DNA of 50,285 nt. Origin: Octopus bimaculoides (taxonomy: Eukaryota). Positions 24,921-38,954 of the stretch are shown piece by piece (the stretch's first letter is position 1; the number at the start of each line of letters is the position of its first letter). The DNA lies in contig NC_068985.1 in NCBI RefSeq assembly GCF_001194135.2, positions 89,470,876 through 89,521,160 on the forward strand. The letters run 5' to 3'. The position numbers were made by a program, and so were the translations under genes. The notes beneath the pieces were generated by a model. It had not been told where the DNA came from. It was given only the letters and a program-made list of their open reading frames with translations, and searched no databases.

Positions 24921-25465
24921 ATAGGTAAACAAACAGAAACGTATTCACAAATATATATATACATACAACTAAGACATAGCAAAAATAAAAAAATTGTTCG
25001 CTCATTTTGCATTTTGATACGATACATGTAAACTAATGTGTTTTAGTGTGGAAGTCAATATAATGGAAAGTAAAGGCTGTGGATATATAGGAAACTATAT
25101 TCATTTATATTACATTGAAAATTGTTGTTTACATTGGAACTTTATCATGTATACGACATATAAATTGAATCTTTGGGAAGGTAATAAAATATTTCCCAAC
25201 TCGCATGAAAGCTGAATTTCTAAAATTGACAGTAATAGTTGCAATATAGTTCTAGTTAATATGAAATTGTCTTATTAATGCAGGTAAGATACTTAAGTGA
25301 TTTGTTTTCCTGAATAAATACGCTCTTTTACTTGTCGGGAAGACCACATAATTTTGCCAGTTTGATTTCCATCTAATTTAATTGAAAGATATATAAATGG
25401 AAATCATGTACAGTCTACCATTTCAGCATAAGGTTGTTTTTCCATTCTAAATATACTCTGTATTT

Positions 25466-25558
25466 CAAGGCAGTGAGTTGGCAACAAATTTATAAAGCCA
25501 GGCGAAATGCTTAGCGGTATTTCATCTGTCTATACGTTCAATTCCGCCGAGGTCGACA
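25466..25558 (+). mobile_element. Family C SINE, 5' head only
   Basis: AGGCAGTGAGTTGGCA..GGCGAAATGCTTAGCGGTATTTCATCTGTC..AATTCCGCCGAGGTCGAC, then truncated. Confidence 0.8.
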
Positions 25559-26576
25559 TATACTTTTGTGGGCTACTACAGTAAAGACTGCCTGGAAATT
25601 TGAAGCTATTTAAGGGACTACGGCATGGTAAATATGAAGAAGAATCTCATGAAAATTCGAAGAAATCTTCCTACATGAAACATTAACTAGACTAGAAAGT
25701 AGCAACTTTCGTCTAACTATATGACTAAATCAATGAGATAAGATATTACTAAGGTTATAGAAAGCCAAAAGAGGAAATATTTCTCTTCTTTTTATCTGTA
25801 GAAATTCCAAGCAGGCACAGCTACAATTAGTATTCTACTCGCGAGCATCAGCAGAAAAGTTTCTAACTGATCGGTTGAAAGAGAGATAGAAAGAGAGTGA
25901 GGGGGAGATAGGGAGAGAGAAATTTTTAACATTGCCACACTCCATTATAACGATGAACATCCCTTGAGTGGCTTTCTCCATAGCTTAATTTATATGATAA
26001 ATTCAAACCCCAAATTTAGCACAGAGCTGAAACGAGAAGTTTAACTGGATTAATCAGCAATTCCGCTAGTCGTTTCCACTCATCTACATGCAAATGCTTT
26101 GAATGTACTCTACTAATACACTAAATATGTATCATAATCACATGAATTTTACTCGTACTTATTTAATACAGCTCATTAGAACAGAAGCACAAGTATGATT
26201 AGCTGCCATATGTTTTAACCTCCCAAATATCGCCAAATGCAAACTAGGACGTACCGGCAAGTTGAAATGTGTAGTCATTAAAACCATTCTTACATCAATC
26301 GATGTCCCTACACTCTGGACATAACTACCATCACCAGGACACATCCTGGACATAACTACCAAAAGTTTGAAAAGTATTTTTTTTAGCAAGTTACAAACCT
26401 TCAGATGCAGAGACTAAGCAATATCTAATTTACTATCATTTCACTATTTATATATGTATATATGTTATTTTTCAGGTTGATATCCCTGGATATGGGTCAT
26501 CTATTCATTATTTGTTGGGTATATTTCTTAAGGTTTCTAAGAAACTTGTTGCTTCAGCATATCTGAATATACGAGT

Positions 26577-26628
<52 letters not shown>

Positions 26629-27042
26629 GTATATATATAAATGGAACAAAAACGCAGTAGAGGGCATTAAAACGTTCGGACAGATAGATGATACACAAGC
26701 GGACAACAATTAGAAGGACAAGCAAAAAAGACGGGTCGTTCTTAGCTTTCTTTCATCACTAAAATACGAAATCACGACCATTTCGGACAGTTACACTTGA
26801 GATGATTCGACCTGGTTGTCCCCAGAAATGTCTAGGCTAAGAGCATCAAATCCTTTTGTAAGAATGCTAGCGAATGTATAATACACTCATTCACTCACAC
26901 ATAGACGTATATACAAACATGTATGGTGTAAATTTTATGTATAATATATTCATGCTGTAGACAGTAGCATCTAAGATCCAGAAACAGAACATTTCATTCC
27001 TAGCATAGTTGTTCCTCTTATTTCGCAAAAAAACAAGATTAC

Positions 27043-27164
27043 TTTAAGCGACTGATATTATTATCACGATAAACCTCTGCAAGTAATTGAAGTGGTTCGT
27101 TGTAGAATAACAGAAATTCGTGGCAATTGGTGACAGAATCAAAAGATGCTCTAAGTGTGTAACC
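27043..27164 (-). CDS. Candidate internal coding exon of an unidentified gene (GYTLRASFDSVTNCHEFLLFYNEPLQLLAEVYRDNNISRL)
   Basis: Strong acceptor CTTTTTTTTATTTCAG, donor AA|GTAATC, and 122 nt open in phase 0 to phase 2. No homology recognised. Could be chance. Confidence 0.25.
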
Positions 27165-28909
27165 CTGAAATAAAAAAAAGGAATTGAATAGCTAAATAAA
27201 GAATAAATGGTAGCAAATTCCTATTTTACATCTTTTCACACTTTTCTCTTTTGTAAGTCAAAATTACACTTTTTTTCTTTTTGGCAAATTATATATAATA
27301 CAAAAAAAAAACCTTTAGGAGATTATAACTCTTTCAGAAGGCTTCGAAATAGGCATTAGAGAACTTAAATCTTCGAAAATACAGATGAAAAAACGAAAAA
27401 AGTAAATTGCTTGCGAAAGAACAAACATGAATTTCATTCATGTTATTTATTATAAGAAAATTAATGACAGGAATATTTCTATAGAATATTCCATAGAATT
27501 GAAGAAAATAGCGAACATTGTTCTTTGCGATCCTTGTTAACATTCGCATTGCGAAGCCTAAGAATGTAGGAGTTAAAGGCAGATATACTGCATTGTTAAT
27601 TTTGTACAACGCGTCATTCANNNNNNNNNNNNNNNNNNNNNNNNNNNNNNNNNNNNNNNNNNNNNNNNNNNNNNNNNNNNNNNNNNNNNNNNNNNNNNNN
27701 NNNNNNNNNNNNNNNNNNNNNNNNNNNNNNNNNNNNNNNNNNNNNNNNNNNNNNNNNNNNNNNNNNNNNNNNNNNNNNNNNNNNNNNNNNNNNNNNNNNN
27801 NNNNNNNNNNNNNNNNNNNNNNNNNNNNNNNNNNNNNNNNNNNNNNNNNNNNNNNNNNNNNNNNNNNNNNNNNNNNNNNNNNNNNNNNNNNNNNNNNNNN
27901 NNNNNNNNNNNNNNNNNNNNNNNNNNNNNNNNNNNNNNNNNNNNNNNNNNNNNNNNNNNNNNNNNNNNNNNNNNNNNNNNNNNNNNNNNNNNNNNNNNNN
28001 NNNNNNNNNNNNNNNNNNNNNNNNNNNNNNNNNNNNNNNNNNNNGAGAGAGAGGGAGAGAGAGAGAAAGAGAAAGAGAACGAGAGAAATAGACAGACAGA
28101 ATGAGAAAGAGTAGATGAGTTGTTTCTTACAAAATATAGTTTCAGTTTTTCAAATGAATATTTTTATAAAATAAATTATACGGGAGTAGTGTGAGGCCAT
28201 CTTTTAATATCAACATATTGTAAAATATTTATATTCTAAAATACGATTATTTCTGTTTTTACTTTTATTTATTTATGTTATGTTTAAGTGAGAACAGTGG
28301 AAAACCATCGTGTATTTTCATGTTTAATATATAAATAATTTTACCCTTACTCACTCGCTTATTTACACGCCCACTAATAAACTAATAGGCAATAAAACAC
28401 ACAAACAACAAAGACTTGCTTCAGAAGTGAAGAGCATTGGAGGAAATAAGAGGTATGAAAGAGAGAAACAAAGAAGAAAAAAACAGTCAAAATTAATAGA
28501 ATAGTTTGTGAGTTAAAGGATTTAAGTTTTATCCTGGGAAATATGGAAAAGGCAAATATAACAGAAAGAAAGACAGAGTGCCAGGAAAGATAATGGCACC
28601 TTATCAGAATAAGAGCTGCCCATGTTTGTAGAATTATGAACTTGTGCGTTAGAAAATGTGTTTAACGATATTTCTTCGAAAGCATTAGACTCTGTATTCA
28701 GATTCCATCACTGTGAAGATTTCCTTCATCTTTTTTTTATGATCGATAAAATAAATAAGAGCCAAGAACAGGAATCGTTGTATTCGACACGATTTCTCCC
28801 TTAAAAATTGCCACCATTGCGCCGAAATTGAAAATGGATTATTACCATTTTACTAGTATATCATAAATTGATGAGCAGGAATATTATCTTAATCTTTGCT
28901 GTTAAAATT

Positions 28910-29523
<614 letters not shown>

Positions 29524-32500
29524 CGAATGAGCGGAAACGCAAGACAGTTGCTCATCATATTTTACCTGTCACAATTCATTTCAATTTAAGAATTAATGAC
29601 TAGAAGTAGTCATTCTAATATTTAAAAAAAATTATTTATTTAAATTTCAATTAACGGAAATTTATGTAAATTAAATTTAACAATGTAATGTAACCCGACT
29701 AAATTAATTTAATAATTAACAAACGGTTCTTAAAATCATATGTGTTGCATTTAAATAGAGGCGTATATGAAATATCATTTTAAAATTTAACAAAGTCATA
29801 TATCACCATGCATTTTTTTCTTATATTTCATTAGACATAAATACATAAATTTATGTTACAGAAAAATGTTGTAAGTTAAAACGATAATTGATATGGAATG
29901 TTTGAATCGTTATCTAATTAGAAAATAATAGGAAATATAACTATAAACCAAAAAGTTTAAAAATTATATTTTCAGCACGACCATTAATAAATGTTATGTT
30001 ACATTTTTAAAGAAATCAAGTGTAGGGAAAAAAGAAAATTATGAAAATATATGAGAATTGATATTTTCGTTATAGTTTTACATTATATTTTGTGTGCATT
30101 TGTTTTAGTGAACATTTCCGGTTTTTCATCTAGAAAATATACTTATGAAAAAAGTCATGATTTTTAAACGTGATGTAAATAATTCATTTGCTGGTAGCAT
30201 GGGAGAAATATGTCAAGAAAATATTGATGTTGAAGTGAGAGCGTGTGAGAAATAAAGAGAAAGAGAGAGAGAGAGGGACATGTGCGGGTGGGGGAGAGGT
30301 TTTGCACCTCATGATCTTCGTGAAATGTCGACGCAAAATTATGTATATTTGTACATACATGCATAGGTATGTGTTTATATAGGCATTACGTTATCAGTTA
30401 TCGTTTCATTAGGACACACACAGGCAAATCTGGGTGAGTGTGATGCGTACGAGTTAATAGGCAGACATTTCTACATATACATGAAACATAAAATTATGTG
30501 TTCGTCCGTAGTGGTGTATATCCGTAATCATATTCGCAGGTTCTAGTCAAGCTGAAATCTGTGTGTTATGTTTCAATATGTGGTCATAATTATTATATAT
30601 GAATGTACATTGACATGTGCGGATGCATAGAGAATCTATGCCATGCTATCTTATTGACACATATACACATATGTACATTTGTCGATAAATGCGCATGCAT
30701 ATGCATTTTATATATAAGTTCACGTTTCATATATAAGTTCACATAAATACATTATTGGATTATCGATTGTATCGCTTTATTTAATTGTTTGTAATTTGCA
30801 TCATACCCATCTTGGACTGACGTAGTAGTGAATTGGATGTATTACACACCCCATTTGAAGGAATTCCATTCCTTAGTTTGTTATTATATATATATATATA
30901 TGCATAACTAAATATATATGCATAACAGATACGCACATATATTGTTTCTTTCCACCTTCGTTTTTCCCTTTCCGTCTTTCCAACTTTCCGGCTTTTACAT
31001 CTGTTTCTCACAATTTCTCGTCTTTTCGCTCAACCCGTCGTCCTGTTTTCAACTTGTTATTTCATGTGGGCACAGTCTGGTGGTTGCCCTAAATGATCAG
31101 CCGTTTTCTGAAAAATGGCGTTAGTGCTGTTTTTTATCGCATGAAATTAATAGTATGTCATAAAAAACCTATATTGTGTTTATTAAATAATATTTACCTC
31201 TCACCAGACGGCGTAAATTTTGTTTATCTTACCTTCACTGGATGCTTACACTGTTCATTCATAAATATCTTCGGAGCAGAGTCAAAGTATTCTTTCAAAA
31301 TGCAGTGGTTTTACGAGTAAGCCGAAATAGATGCAGATTAAAATAGCATATGTGTATCATAAGTAATGCAAATACATTTCATAATAGCAAATTTACTGAG
31401 ATAATCGTCCGTAGATGGAATTTCCTGCATGCATTCTTACTTAGACTATTCCAGCAGCAAACCTAAATTGTGGAGTAGAGGTATTTCATGACGCTGACAG
31501 AGTTCTGAATTGCCACCGAAGAAGGATGATTTTTTTTTACGTGTTACTTTGAGACATGTAATCTACTTTCGCTGGTTCAGATACTCATAAATTTATATCA
31601 TATAAACTAACATTCCACCACGAATCATTTTTGTTATATCTAAAAGGGAACGCTTCTAAGAATGTCTCGTCAGGCGCGAATCATTTGAGAGACTATCCAA
31701 ATCCCGATGTGTTCAAACTTGGTTCTCGTGTCTTATGTGAAAATATATTAAAGTAACAATCCGGGAACATTTTTTTACTAGAATATTTTTATTCTGGGTG
31801 ATAACGGCTGCCGATTTCCGCATCAGCAGCATGTCATTCCTTCGGTAATTATTCTCTCTGAACATAGGCGCATGAATCGGTTTCTCGATATATCTTAAAT
31901 AATGAATTTAAAGGCCGAAATACTTACCTGGGAAGAATGTTTTGTCAAGACATTGAGCTGTCCACATCTCATCTGAGATTCATAACACTGATGTAATGCT
32001 ACTTTATCTTTTTTGTTTCTTTCAGTGGGTCATCAGTTCGAATATATGTCTCCTGCATTGTTGGTTACTGATTTGTTATTCTTCTCTATGATTTTCAATG
32101 AATTAGAGATAATCTTTTTTGTTGCTGAACATATTTTTGAAGTAGCTGTTGTATCTTTTGTGTCGTTAAAGCAAATAAAACATCAGCCGTAACTAGGTCT
32201 TCTGTTTCAAACTGTAGTTCATCGTGCTATACTGCATCACTTGTCGTTTTCCTTTATTGATAGGGTGTGGTATCCCCCATATTTATGGATATCTATAGCA
32301 GGTAAAAAAAAAATACAACTGAGTAGTCACAGTAAAATTCCTGTGTAGATCCTTCTATGAATTGCTTATATGTATATTGTTTCTGTAAGATATATAGGCA
32401 GAGATGACATGCATGCTATGATGCAGCGAAATTTATTTCATAATTCTAGTAATGGCATTAGTTGTGGTAGCAATATCGGTGTAGTTACTGGATTTACAGA

Positions 32501-33099
32501 GGTAGAGATTGTGATTTTATTGTATGTTAATGTCTCATGCTGCGATAATAGATTTTTTTCAGAAATAATGGTGAAAAAGCTGCACATATATTTGTTAGAA
32601 AGGGTATAGGTGTGACGTTTATTGCTTGTTAAAAGAGGATACTTTGCTATTAGTAGCGATGGTGGTTCATATTTCCAGTTATTGCTGATAATAAAGATGC
32701 ATTGAATAAGAATATAGTGATAGAGGAGTGCCCTGAGCTGGTATGATGACGAAGACAACGCCGATGCGCCCGGCGATGATACAGGTAGCAACGATGCAGG
32801 CGATGACGGTGACGAAGACGGTAGTCACCGAAATGACGGAGATATCTATGATGGAAATATGGTGAGGTAATGCTTATTGCAATGCTGTTGACGGGGAATG
32901 CAATAATGTATAGAAGGTTCTGCAATCATTGAAATATACCAATATTTGCAAATGCAAAAATTAATATTGTTATCTCCTCATGTTGTATATCCTTGGCTTT
33001 ACCTCCATTTATCCTCACCTCTCATATGCCCACAACGCATCGATTGTACACACAAACACATGCACACATTCATATACATTATTTTGTGCATGGCATACA

Positions 33100-33135
<36 letters not shown>

Positions 33136-36100
33136 TATATANNNNNNNNNNNNNNNNNNNNNNNNNNNNNNNNNNNNNNNNNNNNNNNNNNNNNNNNNNN
33201 NNNNNNNNNNNNNNNNNNNNNNNNNNNNNNNNNNNNNNNNNNNNNNNNNNNNNNNNNNNNNNNNNNNNNNNNNNNNNNNNNNNNNNNNNNNNNNNNNNNN
33301 NNNNNNNNNNNNNNNNNNNNNNNNNNNNNNNNNNNNNNNNNNNNNNNNNNNNNNNNNNNNNNNNNNNNNNNNNNNNNNNNNNNNNNNNNNNNNNNNNNNN
33401 NNNNNNNNNNNNNNNNNNNNNNNNNNNNNNNNNNNNNNNNNNNNNNNNNNNNNNNNNNNNNNNNNNNNNNNNNNNNNTATATATATATATATATATATAT
33501 ATATCGACAGACGTATACATGCAAACACACAAACACATATATATCTACATGCATACAAACATATATAAATATACATATGTATATAAACATACACCTATAA
33601 TATGTATGTGTATGTGTCTGCGATTCTGTGCGTGTTTCGACAAATAGGGGATGTGATTTGTATTTAGATACACACATAAACATACCCACAAAAAATGCAC
33701 TCGCACGCACGTACATACAGATAAATGTGCATATATATATGCATGTATACGTATGTGTAGATATATTAGTATGTATATGCATATATATGTATATATGTGT
33801 TTATGTATGCATCCATGTATGTATGTAGATATGCAGACATGTGTTTGTGTGGATGCAAATACAGCTAAGTCGTATATATTAAGTATGGTAAGCCCGTTGC
33901 TATGTAGATTCTCTTGCACTGGTTTAGAAACGTCTGTAAATCATCCACAGATGGAAACGGTGTAGGATAAGATATGTAGAGAATTAATAACAGCTCTGCT
34001 CTGTAGAAAGAAATTTCCCCTAAGAAATATATTGATACACGAGTGTTGACTCAAACGAAATATTCTAAAATCTAAAAGCACATCTCGGACAGATCACTTA
34101 CCGCTGCATGAAATCATGTTGTGTAAATACGGTGATAACTATTAGCCAAATAAATATCTCTTGGTTGGAGAATACATTCTTTTGCGTTTTTCGTCTGTAT
34201 TTTCTTGTGTTTTGTTTCTGTGTAATAATTTTGAAATTCGTTTCTGCTTTCATGGTAATCAGTATTATTGCTACCGTCACGAACTCCATCTCGTCCGACA
34301 CCGTTCTCATTATCGTTATGATTATCATCGGTATCAACACCATCACTGTCAACCACTTGGATGGGGAAAAATAATAACCCCCTTCCCCACAATGTATTGT
34401 GAATTATAACAACAACAACAACAACAACAATAGCGACAAGGACAATAATAATAAAAAAAGAAAAAAAATGAAAACTTGTTAATTTTCACTCTACTCCTCA
34501 TCTTTTACCTTCATTATCGTTGTCGTCGTCGTCTTCATCGTCATTATCATCATCATCGTCATCACCATCATCGTTATCATCCTCATCATCATCATCATAT
34601 TCATCATAATAATAAAAAACTACCACCACCACCATTATCATCATCGTCATCATCATCATCGTCATCACACTTCACTGTTTTTTTTTTCTTGTTTCGTTTG
34701 TTGGGAAAACTTAGTTTGATTGCGTTGTTTCTACGTGTAAATGAATGTTCCTACTTGTGCATCTGTCTGTATTTGTGTGTGTGTGTTTGTGTGTGCGTGT
34801 GTGTGTGTGTGTCTGTGTGTATGTGTGTCTGTGTGTTTGACTGTATGTTTGTTTNNNNNNNNNNTGTGTGTGTGTCTGTGTGTATGTGTGTCTGTGTGTT
34901 TGACTGTATGTTTGTTTCTGTGTAGGGGTAAAGTGAGTGCGAGAGCGTATTTGTGTGCACCTGCGTTTCTATGGCCATGAGTGCGTTCATGCGCTTACAC
35001 ATTTTTATTTATTCTAAATGCGTTCAGACTTTGGAAAATAATGTTTGGCATTGCAACACCTCGTTAAGGCTGCGGTTTCTCTATGGAAGCATATGTGAAT
35101 AAACAGAAGGCTATATAATTAGCTGAATGTGGATGTTGAGTTTTCTTAATGTAATTCTCTTTATGGTTTCATGGAGCTGCAGGTAAATTATGTGAACAAC
35201 TGCAGCACCATAAACTCATTCCAGTTGAAATAGTTGGTTATCTTTCGGGGAACTAATTTATCAGACTCTGCCAGATTGCGGAAAGTATTATAAAACGGCA
35301 GAATATCTCCACCGACTTTAGTTAGTACATTTATTAGCTTATTTTCTCGAAAACAATGTGGAATGAAATTAGCGAAAGTTGTAAAGTACAAAGAAAGTAA
35401 AGAAAAAAAAAAATCAAAATGAACTGCTATGAGCGTAAGGAAATTGCGATTCCTTTTGTTGTTGTGGCATACATGAAAGCAAACAAGGAAGCAGTGTGCA
35501 ATTTTAGGATCGTATCTGACTAAATAACATTTCGATTTGGTTAGGAATCACCCGTGTCGAACAATATCGAAAGAAGAGTTTCGGTGCAAAAATCATTCAG
35601 TAAATCTGCTATGCAATAAGAAAAAAAATCATCAGCTAAAAGTTATTTTATGGAGATACGATTAAACGGGAAAAAGAAAGANNNNNNNNNNNNNNNNNNN
35701 NNNNNNNNNNNNNNNNNNNNNNNNNNNNNNNNNNNNNNNNNNNNNNNNNNNNNNNNNNNNNNNNNNNNNNNNNNNNNNNNNNNNNNNNNNNNNNNNNNNN
35801 NNNNNNNNNNNNNNNNNNNNNNNNNNNNNNNNNNNNNNNNNNNNNNNNNNNNNNNNNNNNNNNNNNNNNNNNNNNNNNNNNNNNNNNNNNNNNNNNNNNN
35901 NNNNNNNNNNNNNNNNNNNNNNNNNNNNNNNNNNNNNNNNNNNNNNNNNNNNNNNNNNNNNNNNNNNNNNNNNNNNNNNNNNNNNNNNNNNNNNNNNNNN
36001 NNNNNNNNNNNNNNNNNNNNNNNNNNNNNNNNNNNNNNNNNNNNNNNNNNNNNNNNNNNNNNNNNNNNNNNNNNNNNNNNNNNNNNNNNNNNNNNNNNNN

Positions 36101-36244
36101 NNNNNNNNNNNNNNNNNNNNNNNNNNNNNNNNNNNNNNNNNNNNNNNNNNNNNNNNNNNNNNNNNNNNNNNNNNNNNNNNNNNNNNNNNNNNNNNNNNNN
36201 NNNNNNNNNNNNNNNNNNNNNNNNNNNNNNNNNNNNNNNNNNNN

Positions 36245-36275
<31 letters not shown>

Positions 36276-36321
36276 TATAGATAGATAGATAGATAGATAG
36301 ATGGATAGATAGATAGATAGA
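36245..36321. repeat. (GATA)n microsatellite
   Basis: Directly visible. Confidence 0.95.
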
Positions 36322-36353
36322 GAGGCAACGAGCGAGAAGGGGCTCAGCTGGCT

Positions 36354-36592
36354 GGTTGTCGGTTACGACGACACGGATTCCAGTTGATCCAACCAACGGA
36401 ACAGCTTCCTCGTGAAAGATAGCGTGCACGTAGTTGAGCAGACCACAGACATGCATACTCTTAATCTAGTTGTGAGGGACAAAGCTGTCTCTTGAAGATG
36501 AAATGTACTGGTCATCTTTGCCAGTTGAATGCACTGAAGTAACGTGAGGCAAAGTGTCTTGCTTAAAGACACGACGCGCCGCCAGGACTCGA
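36354..36592 (-). mobile_element. SINE sharing the family A 3' half but with a different central/5' part
   Basis: TTCCAGTTGATCC..AACGGAACAGC..CTCGTGAAA..GCGTGCA..CCACAGACA matches 22019-22092. It then continues with AAAGTGTCTTGCTTAAAGACACGACGCGCCGCC, which family A lacks. Confidence 0.75.
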
Positions 36593-36725
36593 TGAGAGTT
36601 GACATAAGCGCTGCAGAATGAATGGATAGATTAGGAATGGTGTCACGCATCGCGTAAAAAAACGCTGCTCAGATACTCATAGAATAAGAAGGAAAGAATC
36701 GGGGATTTATACAAATGAGTAAATA

Positions 36726-37978
36726 TCAGGCTGAGTTAAAAGTAAGCAACGTTTTCAAACACGAAATTAATCACAATATATTTCAACAACGTGGAGATTT
36801 TATTCATTGGAGTAAGCACCATTATAATCAATAGATTTTTGCCAACGAGTTAGAAGTTTGTTATTCCGGTAACATAAAAGTCTGGTGTTCTGGAACTGAT
36901 GAACCATTTGAACGCACTTTCAGCATCGGTTTGATTTTGCAAGTCCTTCTCTAACAGGAAACCATCAAGGTGCTTGAAAAAGCGGCAGCCGGTAGGAGAA
37001 AGGCCTGGACAAAAAGTTTGGATAGGGAAAAATTATGCAGCCAAGTTCCCTCAACTTCAGGAGCGTTTTTAGTGAAATGTACAGTTGAACATTGTCTTCT
37101 GTTGACCCGGCTGGAACGGAGGAGTAGCAGTTTTGCGTTCATTTTGGCAATTTCAAGTCAATATGTTTCTGCAGTAATGGTTTTTCTTGTTTTAAGAAGC
37201 TATAGTGGATGAGTCCAACAGTAAACCACCAAACAGTCACCATAACCTTGCTTTCGAAATGCTCGGATCTAGGGAAGGTTTTAGGTGCTTTAGTTTAGTC
37301 CAAACATTGCGAAGAACGTTTTTGGTTATTGTACAGAATCTACATTTCATTGCAAGTTACAATACGGCCGAAAAGTAGATCGATTTAGTTACGGAAAAGA
37401 AGCAATGAACAAATTTCATATCTGCGCATTTTCTGATTTTCATTCAAATAGCGTGGTGCCCATTCATCGAGATTCTTTTTTTTATTTTCCGATCGCATGC
37501 AAATGGTTGCAGGCAGTTTTCTGGCTAATTTGACGTTCTTTTGCTAGTTCTGGAATGGTTTTACTGGTTTTACGCAATCTTTTTCAATGACGGTCTTTAA
37601 TTGACCGTCATCGATTTCAGATGGCCGTCCACTACACTCACGATCTTCAAGGCTCAGATTTCGGCTTCGAAGTCGTTTAAAACATTTTCGACCTGACCAC
37701 TCACTTGTCATTTCCTCAACAATTTTTTCCTTGATGTCGCGAACAGTTTCAGATGCTTTGCTTCCTTTTTTTAACTTGAATTGCAAAATTGCTCGGATAT
37801 CACTCTTTGACAGTTCCATTTAAGATGGTTATAAGAACGGTGAAAAATATCAATCCTAATTTATTGAGATATTTGGGCAAGTCTGTCAGTATTATCAGAC
37901 AATTGCAAAAATGTGTTTTAAAAATCCACTACAAATTCTTCATTGTTCAAAACGTTGATTACGTTTTACATAACTTGA
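36726..37978 (-). mobile_element. Full-length decayed mariner DNA transposon (about 1.25 kb)
   Basis: Imperfect TIRs (including the TA: TATCAGGCTGAGTTAAAAGTAAGCAACGTTTT vs TATCAAGTTATGTAAAACGTAATCAACGTTTT, 25/32 matches). TA at 36724-25 and 37979-80. Internal transposase relic. Confidence 0.9.
36800..37819 (-). pseudogene. Mariner transposase pseudogene
   Basis: MELSKSDIRAILQF..KGSKASET..RSGRPSEIDD HTH region, WAPRYL (WVPHEL motif), IVTCNEM*ILYNN (first catalytic D changed to N), KVMVTVWW, DNV, GLSPTGCRFFKHLDGFL, RWQKSIDYNGAY. Several stops, frameshifts and a small deletion. Confidence 0.92.
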
Positions 37979-37979
37979 T

Positions 37980-38181
37980 AGGTGGTGAGCTAGCAGAAAC
38001 GCTAGCACGGCGGACGAAATGCTTAGCGGTATTTCATCTGTCTTTACAGTCTGAGTTCAAATTCCGCTGAGGTTGAGTTTGCCTTTCATCCTTTTGGGGT
38101 CGATAAATTAAGTACCAGTTGCGTACTGGTGGATCGATCTAATCGACTGGCCCCCAAACACTTGTGCCTAGAGTAGAAAAG
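37980..38181 (+). mobile_element. Family C SINE
   Basis: AGGTGGTGAGCTAGCAGAAACGCTAGCACG..GAGTTCAAATTCCGCTGAGG..TGCCTTTCATCCTTTTGGGGTCGATAAATTAAGTACCAG. Confidence 0.92.
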
Positions 38182-38954
38182 GATATATTCTGCTTATTGA
38201 AACTGAGTATTATTCTGAATATAACAGCCAAGTCATCACCATATCAGCTTATACTGTTTTAGCATTGATACATTGGAAACGGTAATTTTATCTTTATACA
38301 TTAGCAGAATTTCAGACTTGAAATGAATTGTAGCGAGTCTTATTTCAAGCTAAAGAAGGACAAAACAGAACCGAAATGGCACTGATGAGTTGCAAGTATA
38401 AACACTTTGTTAAGTAAGTTAATGCTAATTCAGTCATCCTCCATCATTCGTTGATTAAACCAACAGAATTACTTGCATCCTATATAGCCGTTAGCATAAG
38501 GAAAGTATGACGAACGAGAACAGGCTTGAAGTTATTAATCTCTTGACTGTGCAAACAGTGATTATAGATGATGTACACGTAGCTAAGGTCAAAATGAATT
38601 ATGCACATCAATACAAATGCATCTATGAACTGAATATCGTGGACTGCTTGGATTGCTAACTAGAATTAATGTAATTAGTGTTAAATATGCATCTTTAGAA
38701 ATAATGTTAGCTAGGGCATGATCTCCATGTGACGAGGTTAAAATATACTTTCCTTTGTGAGCACCAAATCATTTCTGTATTTAGCAAATGCTAGGCTATT
38801 AAGAATATGTGTACAAAGTGATGTATGCAGTTGTAACGAAAATATATGACGAAAGTAATTTTAAATGTTCATGAAAAATTTAACAGTAATATGTAAACGA
38901 AAGTAAAAAGATAAATGTTTTTAACGGAAGAAAAACAGGAAATAGAACGCAACT

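Noticed and set aside
26476-26520. VDIPGYG after an acceptor-like TTTTTCAG, like a GTPase G3 motif
   Set aside because: No other GTPase motifs or compatible exons in the window.
26640-26880. Possible Penelope terminal-repeat remnant after (TA)n, with TGATGA..GAAC..GTC on the minus strand (26730-26760)
   Set aside because: The core lacks GAAA, stems are poor, and no second copy or ORF in the window supports it.
31928-34140. Perfect GTAAGT donors on the minus strand at about 31927 and 34102 (also 18772)
   Set aside because: GTAAGT is expected many times by chance at this base composition, and the upstream acceptors and frames are weak.
32370-34670. His/Arg/Asp-rich ORFs at 32.4-32.9 kb and 34.1-34.7 kb
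   Set aside because: Derived from degenerate (GAT/GAC/CAT) triplet repeats.
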